This document shows, piece after piece, positions 28,101 to 37,849 of a stretch of DNA of 64,000 bases. How positions within the stretch are numbered: position 1 is the stretch's first letter; the number at the start of each line of letters is the position of its first letter. Position numbers and translations under genes: made by a program. The stretch lies in the IMG/VR virus record IMGVR_UViG_3300023174_003073, positions 96,001 to 160,000 of that record, one strand, 5' to 3'. This stretch comes from a virus. The notes below the pieces were generated by a model that was not told the origin of the DNA, ran no database searches, and saw nothing but the letters and a program-made list of their open reading frames with translations.

Positions 28101-30910
28101 AATAGTGATCCAGTGAATCTTGCATTACCTGAACTATTAACATGTAACAAAGTAGCAGTTCCAGTAATATTAGTATTGGCTGCTCTTAATAATCCACTGT
28201 TTGCATATAAATCACCAGAAGCAGTTAAGTGTGTAGTACTTGCATTACCAAATGTACCTGTACCAGTGACACTTAATGTTCCACCAAATACCCCCGAACC
28301 TGTACTTGTCATTAATGGTTTAATAGATAGTGTTGCGGCTCCTGAGCCAACACTACCTGTTGGTGTTGATGTTGCGGTAAATGTGAATGATGTTGTAGAA
28401 ACAATTGTTGCAACTATCCAAGTACCGTTAGGTGGATTAGTAGTTGCTGTCAATCCACTAATAGTAATCTGTGCACCTGCAACTGCCATACCATGGTCAT
28501 TAGACGTAGTTACTGTTACCGTTGTACCAATATATGTTACACTTGATACTGCTACTGTAGTTATGTTAGGTAATACAACATGTGAGAAGTTAGCAGTACC
28601 GTTAACACTTAATGCATTACCATACATTGCACTTGCAGATACATTACCACCAGTAACATTACCGGCAGTAATTGCAGTAATGTTAGCATTGGCTGCATTT
28701 ACCCAGCCACTTGTGGCGTTGATATTACCAGGTGTTCCTAAATTACCAAACTGTGCGTTACCTGTGATGTTTGCATTCTGTGCATTGACCCAGGCTGCTG
28801 TTGCATTAATATTACCAGTAGCAAAAATTTGTTGTGATACAGTGACATTCCCTTGTGATGTTAGTGTACCTACGTTTGCTATACCATCAATGCTTGCATT
28901 ACCTGTAGTTTTAAATGACCCTACATTAGCAAGACCTGAACTTACAAAACTACCACCGATTGTAATTGAAGTATTAGCACCGCCGTTAATATTACCTGTA
29001 GCTACAATAATACCTGTTGATAAGTTGCCTGCGCTTGCATTACCTACTACTGCTAGAATACCACCAGTAGTTATATTTGCACCATCTAGATTTCCTCTTG
29101 CAGACAAATCTAATGTTGTTAATTTTGTTGTTACGTTTACGTTAGCAGTTGTTACATTACCTGCATTGACAATAGTACCGTTGATGTTGGCGCCACCTTC
29201 TAATGCAGCCGAACCCACAACTCTGATAATACCGCTGGCAATAAGATTAGCACCACTGACGTTACCTGATACACTTACGACTGTACCATCTAATCTTGTT
29301 GTTGTAATATTACCTACGTTTGCGTTACCCTGAACACGTAAAATTCCATTGGTTACTAGATTTGCACCAGTAACATTACCAGTAACGTCTGCATCACCTC
29401 TACTAATTAAGGAAGCAACGTTTGCTGATGATGTAGCAAACATAATACCAGTTGACACTAAATTACCAGCAGAAAGATTTGCTGTAATTGACATTAAACC
29501 TGTTGTTCTATTATATGTAGCACCAGTATGTGCGTTAGCAATACCACCGTCATTGAATAATAGTTGTGTAGTAGTTCCAGGAACTCCGATGTTACCTGAG
29601 ATATTACCACTAACGTTTCCAGATACATTACCTGTCATAGTCCCAGATAAATTTCCACTGATGTTACCGGATACATTACCTGCAACATTTCCTGAGAAAT
29701 CCCCTGAGATATTGCCGCTGACATTACCAGAGACATTACCAGTTAAAGTACCAAGTACATTTCCTGACATTGTGCCTACAGTCATTGTAGTTGCACTAAA
29801 GAATCCTGCATTCATTCTGGCTGCATCAACATTACCAGTCAATGAAATATTTCCACCGGTCATGTTACCTTCAACTGCTAATCCATCTAATAAACCTACT
29901 TTTCTAATATTAGGTTGATTAGCAGATTGTACTGTACCAGTGATGAATGTTGCACTGATATTACCAATTGCGGCATTACCGTCAACGTTTAGTGTAACTA
30001 GATTACCTAAACTAGTAATGTTAGGTTGATTGTTGCTTGTAACTTGTAATGCACGATCGGCAGTTCCAGTTAAATTACCAGTAACATTACCCAATAAACT
30101 ACCAGTAACATTACCTTGAATAGCAGGTGATATCAATGTACCGGCAACTTGTAGACTTGTTAATGTACCAACAGATGTAATATTAGGTTGAGCATTGCCA
30201 CTTACTACACTTGCATTTGATGCAGGTCCAATGAATGTTCCATAATAATTTCTAGCATATACATCTTGTGTTACATTTACACTTTGATTGATGTTTATAT
30301 TTCCGTTAGTTACATTGAAATCACCAGTAAGATTTAGTGTCGTACCAGTATATACTAATCTAGATGCGGCTGCTAAGTTACCGCGATTATTAAATAATAC
30401 CTGAGTATTTGCACCGGGTGCAGAGAATGTACCTGATATAGTTCCACCAACCAAGTTACCAACAAAGTTGGCTGCTGTTACATTACCTGTTACACCTAAA
30501 GATACTAATGTACCAACACTAGTAATGTAAGGTTGTGAGGGAGTACGTAATGTACCATAAATATTAGTAGATGTTAAATTAGCTACTGTAATATTACCAG
30601 ACAAACCAATAACAAACGGAGTTTGACCGTTAGTAATTGTTGCTGAATTTCCAGTAGCGGCTCCGATACCCACTGCTAATCCAGATCCTGTTTGTATTGT
30701 TACACTTGGTATATTTGCAGTTATAACTACTGACCCAGTAGTTCTATTTTGTGCTAGTCCACTACCTGTGGTTAATGATACAACACCTGTTGTAAGTGTT
30801 GTTGAATATAAATCTGTAAAGTTATTCTGTACCTTGGCAAAGGCTGCTCGTATCGGGTCGGCAGCAGGGTCATTTGGGAATGCGCCGAAATCTATAATTT
30901 GTTGTGCCAT
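25142..30910 (-). CDS. 1922-aa long tail fibre-like protein
   Basis: gp9/gp10-like N-terminal anchor (PND..ADPIRAAFAKVQNNFTDLY), QPNITSVGTL repeats, GN(V/I)xG repeats and four TT..HG...NG.(W/F).V...FTF domains. Confidence 0.75.
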   Translation of the reverse strand: MAQQIIDFGAFPNDPAADPIRAAFAKVQNNFTDLYSTTLTTGVVSLTTGSGLAQNRTTGSVVITANIPSVTIQTGSGLAVGIGAATGNSATITNGQTPFVIGLSGNITVANLTSTNIYGTLRTPSQPYITSVGTLVSLGVTGNVTAANFVGNLVGGTISGTFSAPGANTQVLFNNRGNLAAASRLVYTGTTLNLTGDFNVTNGNININQSVNVTQDVYARNYYGTFIGPASNASVVSGNAQPNITSVGTLTSLQVAGTLISPAIQGNVTGSLLGNVTGNLTGTADRALQVTSNNQPNITSLGNLVTLNVDGNAAIGNISATFITGTVQSANQPNIRKVGLLDGLAVEGNMTGGNISLTGNVDAARMNAGFFSATTMTVGTMSGNVLGTLTGNVSGNVSGNISGDFSGNVAGNVSGNISGNLSGTMTGNVSGNVSGNISGNIGVPGTTTQLLFNDGGIANAHTGATYNRTTGLMSITANLSAGNLVSTGIMFATSSANVASLISRGDADVTGNVTGANLVTNGILRVQGNANVGNITTTRLDGTVVSVSGNVSGANLIASGIIRVVGSAALEGGANINGTIVNAGNVTTANVNVTTKLTTLDLSARGNLDGANITTGGILAVVGNASAGNLSTGIIVATGNINGGANTSITIGGSFVSSGLANVGSFKTTGNASIDGIANVGTLTSQGNVTVSQQIFATGNINATAAWVNAQNANITGNAQFGNLGTPGNINATSGWVNAANANITAITAGNVTGGNVSASAMYGNALSVNGTANFSHVVLPNITTVAVSSVTYIGTTVTVTTSNDHGMAVAGAQITISGLTATTNPPNGTWIVATIVSTTSFTFTATSTPTGSVGSGAATLSIKPLMTSTGSGVFGGTLSVTGTGTFGNASTTHLTASGDLYANSGLLRAANTNITGTATLLHVNSSGNARFTGSLFNVSAEAQFGEVTQAGNITSQANVQAANLVATNTLTGGNLSTPGQLTVAGTANVSHMTLPTVVLTGTSKITSILYVGTTIRVTTVDPHGMTVVGATIVVTNASTTTNGTWTVSNIVDANRFEFIVNVAPSAPITVGASTSITIRPILSSAGSASIAGNVSAGNVNTSSVVALGNVSATSGYLVSQNANVTGIANVAMLETAGSLYANTGLIKALSSNITGTLTSLHIDSTGNANFSGSVFRVTANANIGNIADVMHITSTGDITTLNGLLKSANANITGIANIATANISGNSTHGNIETLGILNVRGNAIVGNASMTHVVASGNANVGGALLVSGQANVGNLRFPTATTLSGTISVSYVGTAITVTSTIAHGLTVGTEVVISGVTTTGTNAPNGVFLVTTVPATPNSGGNPTTFTVTAAVAPTGTLGGTITITVRPLITSAGSGIFDGRLRVGGNAEILGSLTGLINLSVSSLISGTTFQASDFNGANANITGNARFGNLTTPGSITSTGEASIGGVLTVTGTAQSSFAGNLSAPHMFLSGNVEAGILKSSGIMTAVGNISGGNLVTNGLLTVTGNASIGNITTRDINGTLVSVSGNVSGANLVASGILAVTGTANVGNLSLPSTLIGITSITNVGNLITVTTSTNHNATTGTEITLTGTTATTNPPNVGGGNPNWFVITVTGARTFTFTATLTPTGAIVTTLASLNIRPFLISTGSATFGGGLTATGNIIASAFTGVGSGLSNLVGGNVTGYVALASAANTASTAGSATTVTGSSQTAITQVGNLISLVVGAGASNATFTTNGALSLAGNLNAGNILANGFFITAANGANIIGNVSSSSLTYGIAPGSYTNITGVGTLNSLTVTNGISTGLATLGGLVVTDAADSHVNFSSNQGLTAASNNPVMNKTINIITAVGATPYNVLTPTVSIGRQLYVFNDSAQTINILPQGTGVTVEGIASYPLGPGARIHLVAGSLTKWYALTAVYA
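29591..29741. repeat. degenerate 12-bp coding repeat (GN[VIL]S)n
   Basis: Protein reads GNVSGNVSGNISGDFSGNVAGNVSGNISGNLSGTMTGNVSGNVSGNISGN. Confidence 0.75.
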
Positions 30911-30929
30911 TTTATCCTACCTTATTAAG

Positions 30930-30937
30930 TATTTATC
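30930..30937 (-). promoter_or_regulatory. late promoter GATAAATA
   Basis: Upstream of the fibre gene RBS. Confidence 0.65.
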
Positions 30938-30961
30938 GTTTTTAATTAGTAAGAAGGGACC

Positions 30962-30990
30962 AAAAAAATAGCCCGGAGAACCGAGCTATT
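30962..30990 (-). terminator. Rho-independent terminator
   Basis: AAATAGCTCGG-TTCT-CCGGGCTATTT followed by a T run. Confidence 0.8.
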
Positions 30991-31007
30991 TAAAGTACGG
31001 ATTTTTA

Positions 31008-33683
31008 TTATTTTATTCCGCTTAACTTTTTAAAGTCTTGTAGTAGACTTGTTGAATCTTTCAATAACGTTGTTTCAAAAGTAACTTGTGTTGGATTACC
31101 AACTGCTTGTGAACGCTTTTCTTTGTGCATGTCATTACCCATACTTAACAAATGCTTTAACTGTGCCATTTCTTCATGACCAGCTTCGTTTGCGTAATCT
31201 TCTTCAATACCTTCAGCATAAGGATTATCCGGTCCACGATATGCAGGGCGGGCTGCGCCTGGTAATTTTGATTTTGTTTGATGCCCTGGCCATGTGTTTC
31301 TAATATTAGTTTTTGCCACACCTTGCATTCGTTTCTTAAGTTCTTCCGGTGGTAGATTGCCAGCCTCAATATCATCTTGACGGTTTTGCAATCTATCAGG
31401 ACTACGCATCCACTCACCTGTATGGGCTTTGTTGTATTGTGCATTTTGTGCGGCATTTCCACCAAATTTTTCATCTAACTGGCCTTCTTCAACTTGCTCT
31501 TCACCTGGCTCGCATACGCAACGTGCTTCAAACATACCACATTCGTTACATGTTCCGTGGTCTCCGTGGTCATGACCAGCTTCTTTAACTTTACCTTTGT
31601 ATCCCGGAAAAGGGACATTTGCAGGATGTTTTTTATCAAACTCATCTTTTTCTGCAGGAGTTAATTCTTTACCTTCTTCTTCAAGACTGCTTGTATCTGT
31701 ATATTCCTTACCACCTATAGTGAATTCACCACCTTGAGGAGTATCTTTTAATTTCTCAGTCCATTCACTACCTTCATCTGTTTCTTCTTTACCATCTTCT
31801 TCATGGCTATGACCATCAGAACCATGTTGTGCTTGGTGATCGTCATCTGATCCTTCTTCGCTTTCATAGTCACTTGATGCTATGCCTTCTGGTTCGCCAC
31901 TGTCTTGAATGCCTGACATTTTCTTAATCAATGCCATCATATCATCACCGTCTCCAACTACCGCTGGACTCATTTCTGGTTCGGAACCAGCTCCTGTTGG
32001 TTCATGACCTCCCATTGGTGCACCATAATCACTATGTTCTTGTTCACCGCCGAATACACCTACGCCAGCAGAGCGTAGTACTTGTAGTAGTTGTTGAGCA
32101 TCTCCGTCAGTAGCATTAACGCTTACTGAATCAGGTGACCCTTGTTGTCCTGTACTTGAAGATACTGTAATACCTTCGTTTAATAAAGAATTTAATTCTT
32201 TTTCCCAGTTCTCTAATTGAATATCTTTCATATTTTTACCTTCAAATGTTTTCTTGGGCTGACCCAAATTCTTTAAGAAACTTCCTGCTCTATCTGTGGC
32301 TGCATTGATAGGATCAACACTCCACGGCGTATGTTGTTGTGGTGCTTTAGCAATCTCAGCACGTTGTCTAATTGAACTTGGTTTATTAGCATCCATGTAA
32401 TGTTGTGTGAATTCACCTTCATCAGTGATTTTCTTTTTATTGTGGCCATGCACTTTTAAGAATGCTTCAAGTTTATCACTGCAATGACCTGTTGAATTGA
32501 AGTTATCAATATCTTGTTGCAATTCTTGTAGCATGTCTTGCATGTCAGAATGTGTTTCATCCATCATTTCATTGAAGCTAATGCTTTCTTTGACTTTCTT
32601 TTTGTTACGTAATGTTTCAAGATCCTTAGCAGTAATTTTATCTTTTGGTGGCTCAACACCAGCAATTCTTTCTTGATTACCCGGTAAATCTTTTGCTTCC
32701 TCAACAGACTCTGAACTAGGACGTTTAAATCCATAGTGACGTTGCTGTGCTTGTCTCATACGGTCAGAAGTTCTAGGATAGCTAGGTTTTTCATCTTCCC
32801 AACCTTCATCATTGGCTCCACCGTCTTGTTGATAAGCATAAGAATCCTTCTTATCAAAACCTGTAGTTGCCGAATACTGGTCTCGGCTGTAAGCATCACG
32901 ACCTCTATATCCACCTTCTTCTACTTGTTCTTCTTGTACTTTACCCCAGTCACCTTTAGCACGAATAGCAAATGCTAATTCTTTCATGTTCTCGTACTGC
33001 TTGCTACCTTTTTCATGAGGTCCAGTTTTCTTTAAATGATTGTATGCTTTTAGTAATTCGCTTTTGCTTTTACCTTTGTACTTGCCTTTTTCTGATGGAT
33101 CAGTTTTAACTGGCTTGTCAAATTCTTCGCCTAAATTATCACCGGCTAATGTCATTTCACCTTTGCCTAGTGATTGTTTAATTTGTGCGGCTAATTGTGG
33201 ATTAGTAACTGTACCTAAAGTTTCATCACCTTGTTTGATAACCTGTGTATTTTGTTGAGCCGGTGCAATAGTTACTTGGTCAGCTTCATTAAGTTGATTT
33301 ACTTCGGATGCTTCAATCCAATCTTTTAAACTTTTCTTTTCAGCTTTCTTTTCTTCTTTATCAGCATCTTTCATAGGTGTATGTTGACTGCCTTTTTTAC
33401 CTTTTGGTACATCACCTGTAGTGCGACCAAATATGTCACCTACTTTTTTATTCTTTGGATCGTCTTTGCCTGTCTTTGGCTTATCTGGATCTACTGGACG
33501 ACCACGTGATTTTGGTTTGTCATCTTTAGGAGCAAGACTGGCTAAACTTACTTTGCCAATTGGTTTGCCGTATTGGTCAGTTTGTGTTTCTGAACCATGA
33601 CGATTACCATATCCACCCGGACCTGCTTTGTGTACAGTCTCACTTATGTTATCCATTGATTGGAGTAATGATTTAAAATCCAT
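31008..33683 (-). CDS. 891-aa acidic modular internal head / prohead core polyprotein
   Basis: About 15-20 [ILVF]xE sites between modules; highly charged and low-complexity; one CxxC...CxC module. Confidence 0.55.
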   Translation of the reverse strand: MDFKSLLQSMDNISETVHKAGPGGYGNRHGSETQTDQYGKPIGKVSLASLAPKDDKPKSRGRPVDPDKPKTGKDDPKNKKVGDIFGRTTGDVPKGKKGSQHTPMKDADKEEKKAEKKSLKDWIEASEVNQLNEADQVTIAPAQQNTQVIKQGDETLGTVTNPQLAAQIKQSLGKGEMTLAGDNLGEEFDKPVKTDPSEKGKYKGKSKSELLKAYNHLKKTGPHEKGSKQYENMKELAFAIRAKGDWGKVQEEQVEEGGYRGRDAYSRDQYSATTGFDKKDSYAYQQDGGANDEGWEDEKPSYPRTSDRMRQAQQRHYGFKRPSSESVEEAKDLPGNQERIAGVEPPKDKITAKDLETLRNKKKVKESISFNEMMDETHSDMQDMLQELQQDIDNFNSTGHCSDKLEAFLKVHGHNKKKITDEGEFTQHYMDANKPSSIRQRAEIAKAPQQHTPWSVDPINAATDRAGSFLKNLGQPKKTFEGKNMKDIQLENWEKELNSLLNEGITVSSSTGQQGSPDSVSVNATDGDAQQLLQVLRSAGVGVFGGEQEHSDYGAPMGGHEPTGAGSEPEMSPAVVGDGDDMMALIKKMSGIQDSGEPEGIASSDYESEEGSDDDHQAQHGSDGHSHEEDGKEETDEGSEWTEKLKDTPQGGEFTIGGKEYTDTSSLEEEGKELTPAEKDEFDKKHPANVPFPGYKGKVKEAGHDHGDHGTCNECGMFEARCVCEPGEEQVEEGQLDEKFGGNAAQNAQYNKAHTGEWMRSPDRLQNRQDDIEAGNLPPEELKKRMQGVAKTNIRNTWPGHQTKSKLPGAARPAYRGPDNPYAEGIEEDYANEAGHEEMAQLKHLLSMGNDMHKEKRSQAVGNPTQVTFETTLLKDSTSLLQDFKKLSGIK

Positions 33684-33904
33684 TATTTTGATCCTTGTTT
33701 TCTATCTAATTTATCTTCCATGCGAGTTAACTGTTTTTGTAACTCTATCATATTTCTTTTCATATCATCCATTTTAACACTTGATACTTGTACACTAGTA
33801 TCTAGCTCTTTAATTTTAGCATCTAGGGACATGTAACCTGTGCCACCGATACTACATGCACCAATGAGTATCCAACTCAATTGAGTAGATGTGAAATCAA
33901 TCAT
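33683..33904 (-). CDS. small protein with an N-terminal hydrophobic segment and a coiled coil
   Basis: ORF track. Confidence 0.6.
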   Translation of the reverse strand: MIDFTSTQLSWILIGACSIGGTGYMSLDAKIKELDTSVQVSSVKMDDMKRNMIELQKQLTRMEDKLDRKQGSK

Positions 33905-34509
33905 TTGTGTGCTCCGGTTGGTGGTTTTGCTGGCATTTTTACATTACTGAAGGGACTCGTTGTATGAATGCCTTCTTTACTTGTGTTCTTAATTGTTGCT
34001 GTTTTCTTTGCATTGTATGGGATATCAATGCTTGGCTCTTTTGGAATTACTTTATCTAAGTATTGATTAGCATAGTCTTTACTAGCCTGTTTACCGTTAT
34101 CTTCTAACTCAGGAGTATTGAGCAATGCTTCTTTTTTCTCATCAGTTACTTGATTAGCATACTTGTCATTTTCAGCATTGATGCTGTCATTGTAGTCGCT
34201 AGTAACTGCACGAATTCGGTTGATGTTAACACCACAATGCTGTGCAACTTGTTGAATCATTGGTTCAGTTGCTGGATACTTAAATTCAACTTGAATGATT
34301 GTTACACTTTGATTCATCTCAGCTTCGGGAAATCCATAAGGATTTTTTTGAATTGGAGTTGTCTTTGGATCGCTGATTTTGACAGGATCAAATTTGCTTA
34401 GATTGTGTGTGAACAAATCTATAAATTTATTGTCCACATCACCCAAGACTTTAATCGTGTAGTTGTATGTGCGAACACTTTCCATTAAGTAATGACGAAG
34501 GGTTTTCAT
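33901..34509 (-). CDS. hypothetical protein with a capsid-targeting-like N-terminus (MKTLRHYLME)
   Basis: ORF track; GATAAATA at 34529-34536. Confidence 0.65.
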   Translation of the reverse strand: MKTLRHYLMESVRTYNYTIKVLGDVDNKFIDLFTHNLSKFDPVKISDPKTTPIQKNPYGFPEAEMNQSVTIIQVEFKYPATEPMIQQVAQHCGVNINRIRAVTSDYNDSINAENDKYANQVTDEKKEALLNTPELEDNGKQASKDYANQYLDKVIPKEPSIDIPYNAKKTATIKNTSKEGIHTTSPFSNVKMPAKPPTGAHK

Positions 34510-34534
34510 TATGTTATTCCTATTGTATTATTTA

Positions 34535-35020
34535 TCAATTTTCCGTTTTTTTGTTTGCCAATATGGTTTTGAGCAATTCGTTACGGTCTACTAGACTACC
34601 CTCACCTAAAGGGGTAGACTCTATTTCTTCTGTCTTACTGTTAATCTTCTGGTCTAATTGTGCTTTCTTAAGCTGTAAATCAAGCATTTTTAGCTTTTTA
34701 TTAATCTTTGCAGTCTTAGCAGTGATAGCATGTCCTAGCATACTACTTGCACTATTGAATATTTCACTAGCAAAGCGACTATCTACCTGCATACCCAAAT
34801 CCATCAAGTCTTTGTAGCTATCTTTTGCCAATGTAGCAAGCTCATCCATTTCAGTATCGCTGGCTTCTAATCCGCGCACTTGAGGCAATGCATTCTCAAT
34901 TTTCTGTAATGTATCGTATGTTTCTTGGCTAGTAAGATTTACTTGAGTGTTTTCAAATACTTGAGTATTGATTTCTTCATCAACCGGTAGTTCAAATAAT
35001 TCTTCTAATTTCTTAGTCAT
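34535..35020 (-). CDS. possible terminase small subunit
   Basis: Helical, next to gp4. SRFASEIF and DRNELLK loosely parallel T4-like TerS motifs. Confidence 0.4.
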   Translation of the reverse strand: MTKKLEELFELPVDEEINTQVFENTQVNLTSQETYDTLQKIENALPQVRGLEASDTEMDELATLAKDSYKDLMDLGMQVDSRFASEIFNSASSMLGHAITAKTAKINKKLKMLDLQLKKAQLDQKINSKTEEIESTPLGEGSLVDRNELLKTILANKKTEN

Positions 35021-35047
35021 ATATTGTCCTAAATAACAGTATATTTA

Positions 35048-35485
35048 TTACTTACGACGGCCCTGATGAAAAAGGTCATCTTCAGTTACGACACGAAATG
35101 CAAAACCATTTTGCTTACAATATGCATTGGCTGCTATCCATTTAGCATGATTAACTGCAACTACTGCTCTATCTCTAGCATTGGCAACTTTGCTTTCAAT
35201 AAGACTTTGTTTTTTTGGTTTTATTTCGACAACTTCGGCTACTTGTTGACCATGTCTGTTTTGATAAACTACAAAGAAATCGGGGATATACATTGACATT
35301 TTGCCGGTTAATGGGTGGCGGTATGGGATACTGATTGCTTCGCTGGCCCATTTAAGTACATTCTTATTGTTATCACAAAACATCATAAAGGTCATTTCCC
35401 ATCCACTGCGATATCTTGGTTTATGTTTACCGATATACTTTTCAGTATTTTGAACTTCGTATATCCCCTGAGCAAAACTAGCCAT
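35048..35485 (-). CDS. gp4: head completion nuclease (T4 gp4-like, TnsA N-terminal fold)
   Basis: KYIG...YRSGWE...WASE...Y.PDF...EIKP..Q...N.AKW.AA...F.V.TE. Confidence 0.88.
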   Translation of the reverse strand: MASFAQGIYEVQNTEKYIGKHKPRYRSGWEMTFMMFCDNNKNVLKWASEAISIPYRHPLTGKMSMYIPDFFVVYQNRHGQQVAEVVEIKPKKQSLIESKVANARDRAVVAVNHAKWIAANAYCKQNGFAFRVVTEDDLFHQGRRK

Positions 35486-35850
35486 TATATTACTATATTT
35501 CGTTGTATAGATTCATTAGGTGTTGGATAAGCATTTACTCCATATAATGTAGTTTTGCTTTTAAGACTGTTGAGATAATATGCCATCAATGCTGAAACTT
35601 TAATCTTATTTGAATTACCCTGTACATAATCTAATATAGTTAGCACTTCTTCGTTTAGCATATTAGCAATTCTAAATAACATGGTTGTGAAATTTCTTGC
35701 AGTATTTCTATCTTTACTAACTGATAAAAAATATGAAAATACAATTTCAAAGCGGTTAGCTTCAACTGTTATATCAAAATTATAGAACTGGTCAAATACT
35801 CGTACAGTATTATCAAGTTGTGTTTGTGGGCCATCAATTAGTTGTGTCAT
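35485..35850 (-). CDS. hypothetical protein
   Basis: ORF track; perfect late promoter upstream. Confidence 0.7.
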   Translation of the reverse strand: MTQLIDGPQTQLDNTVRVFDQFYNFDITVEANRFEIVFSYFLSVSKDRNTARNFTTMLFRIANMLNEEVLTILDYVQGNSNKIKVSALMAYYLNSLKSKTTLYGVNAYPTPNESIQRNIVI

Positions 35851-35874
35851 ATCTACCTCGTAGATATATTTATA
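35849..35874 (-). promoter_or_regulatory. TATAAATA late promoter abutting hairpin ATATCTAC-GAG-GTAGATAT that covers the RBS and start
   Basis: 8-bp inverted repeat at 35849-35867. Confidence 0.7.
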
Positions 35875-35879
35875 CTATG

Positions 35880-37151
35880 TTAAAATAGTTTATTTCCGGC
35901 TGCATCGCTAGTTTGAACTATCGGCGGAGATGATGGGGGTGCTGAAGGCTTGGATCCAAATTTATTCACAACAGATCCAATTGCATTATTAATGGATTGT
36001 GTACTAGAGGAAACAGCAGTAGGAAAATTGAATTGATTGTTTCTGTTTGGTGTACCTGATATAGCATTGGTTGCCATACCTAAGGCTTCACCCTTAGCAA
36101 TGTTAAGTATGTTTGCAGGATTTTTGAATGTTTGTGCGGCTGCTCCGGCTTTTTGAATAGCCCCAACATAATTTCCACTAGCAATATCATTTATAATACC
36201 ACCGGCGGTGTCAACTAAACCACCTTGACCAAGAATACTTGCATTACTACCTGGCCTTGCAATAGGACTTAATGTTCTATCATATGTTGCATCATTACCA
36301 AAGTCTTTAACAATTTCACCGGGTGCTCTACCATCAATCGCACCATCGTAATATTTTACTGTTTCAAATTGAAATTGCATGGTATTTTCCATAACACCGC
36401 TTTCACTGTATGAATAGGTATCGTGTCCAAAACTTTCAATGATGGGATTTATCAATCTATACATAGCAAAGTTATGCTGATTAAAACCATAGATATCAAT
36501 TGACTTAAAGAAAGGAATTTTTACTTTACCCGGTAAACTACTTGAACTTACTGAATATTGATTACCTTCACCTATATAACCCCAATCATCATTACCACTC
36601 AATGAAGGTTCGTATATATTACGATTATTGTCATATACTTTTCCGCTTGAAATTGCGGCTGCTTCTCTAGGTTGACCGGTTTGGCGTGAGTTATAAACAT
36701 CCAAATCAACTTGTGCCGCATCTTTATAGTAATAGGTATAATAAGCATGCCATAGTTTTCTAACTAGGTTGTTATTATCATCGTGGAAAGTTATTTGTAT
36801 TGGATCATACTTAATTTTTGTCTGTATGATTCTTTTTCTGTTGTATTGATTTAGTGTAGTCAAATCAAAACCATATTTTGGAAGTTGAACTGTTTTGACA
36901 GTTAATCCAAAATTTGCATCTTGTGGCCAATTTTTATCAACATCAGTGAATGCTTTATTGATATCAAAATAAACATGAAATAAATGTTTATATTTTGGTG
37001 CATAAGCATAACTATTGCTTCTAAAGGTTTTACTTGCGTGAGTGTAATCACGCAAGTAATCATTACCAAAAAATGCTTTTACTGCATTTGTGCCTTCGGT
37101 TTTAACTGTTCTTACTGCGTCTTGCAGTACATTTTGAAAGAAACCTGACAT
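35880..37151 (-). CDS. tail tube-like baseplate protein (gp48/gp54-like)
   Basis: VKTVQLPK...NQYNRK...YDPIQITFHDD tube-fold pattern; adjacent to the tube gene. Confidence 0.65.
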   Translation of the reverse strand: MSGFFQNVLQDAVRTVKTEGTNAVKAFFGNDYLRDYTHASKTFRSNSYAYAPKYKHLFHVYFDINKAFTDVDKNWPQDANFGLTVKTVQLPKYGFDLTTLNQYNRKRIIQTKIKYDPIQITFHDDNNNLVRKLWHAYYTYYYKDAAQVDLDVYNSRQTGQPREAAAISSGKVYDNNRNIYEPSLSGNDDWGYIGEGNQYSVSSSSLPGKVKIPFFKSIDIYGFNQHNFAMYRLINPIIESFGHDTYSYSESGVMENTMQFQFETVKYYDGAIDGRAPGEIVKDFGNDATYDRTLSPIARPGSNASILGQGGLVDTAGGIINDIASGNYVGAIQKAGAAAQTFKNPANILNIAKGEALGMATNAISGTPNRNNQFNFPTAVSSSTQSINNAIGSVVNKFGSKPSAPPSSPPIVQTSDAAGNKLF

Positions 37152-37163
37152 TAGTTACCTGAA

Positions 37164-37793
37164 TTATCTACCTAAACCAGTAACTGCGCCACCGCCAAAT
37201 GCACGACCCACATTAGTACCGATACCAGAAGCTAACGGTGATTGAATTGCGTTATCAAAACGAATACTCAATTGAATTGTAGCTGGGTCATTTGATTTAT
37301 AGTCCATGTTATTATAGTTAGCTGTCTTAATGAAACAACCATATAGTTCCCATGTTTCTAGTACGTTGGGTGTAAGTGTACCATTACCACCGTCTAGAAT
37401 TTCATAGTTAATTTGGAATTTATAATCTTGACCAGTTGCCGCACTTGCTTGTTCAACAAAGTCGAATTGTTTCTGTAGTTGTTGACCAACTAATTTAGAA
37501 ACGTTTCCGGCTGCGTCATCACGCAAATTGATTTGTGTTTCTTGCCATGAATGTTTACCAGCTAGATAAATCTTGCTGTTATAAATGTCAATAACTGTTT
37601 CTTCAAACTGAACTTGAGGACGTTGAATGTCCATTACTTGCTTAGTCAACTCTTGTGTTGCACCACCAGTACCAAAGTTTAAAAATAATGCTCTGAATCT
37701 AAACTGTAACTTAGGCATCAACAAACCCTGAGAACTAGGTGTGTTATCTGCTCCGACAGTCATGTTGAACAATGAATTTGAGGCTGTTGCCAT
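37164..37793 (-). CDS. gp19: tail tube protein
   Basis: PKLQFRFR...IYLAGKHSW..LRDD...WELYGCF...IRFDNA; follows the sheath gene. Confidence 0.85.
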   Translation of the reverse strand: MATASNSLFNMTVGADNTPSSQGLLMPKLQFRFRALFLNFGTGGATQELTKQVMDIQRPQVQFEETVIDIYNSKIYLAGKHSWQETQINLRDDAAGNVSKLVGQQLQKQFDFVEQASAATGQDYKFQINYEILDGGNGTLTPNVLETWELYGCFIKTANYNNMDYKSNDPATIQLSIRFDNAIQSPLASGIGTNVGRAFGGGAVTGLGR

Positions 37794-37849
37794 ATTTCTA
37801 TCTCCTATATATTATTTATCTTAAATAACTCCCCCTAAGGGGAGTCATT

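Noticed and set aside
26214-29918. Long plus-strand ORFs (449, 411 and 189 aa) opposite the giant fibre gene
   Set aside because: Antisense shadows of a repetitive G/N/T/V-rich gene, with no RBS or promoter. The same applies to most short antisense ORFs in the track.
37827-37847. Intrinsic terminator between sheath and tube genes (ACTCCCC/GGGGAGT hairpin)
   Set aside because: The stem is real but the following U-tract is weak (TTATTT); it could be a stabiliser or partial terminator, so it was not called.
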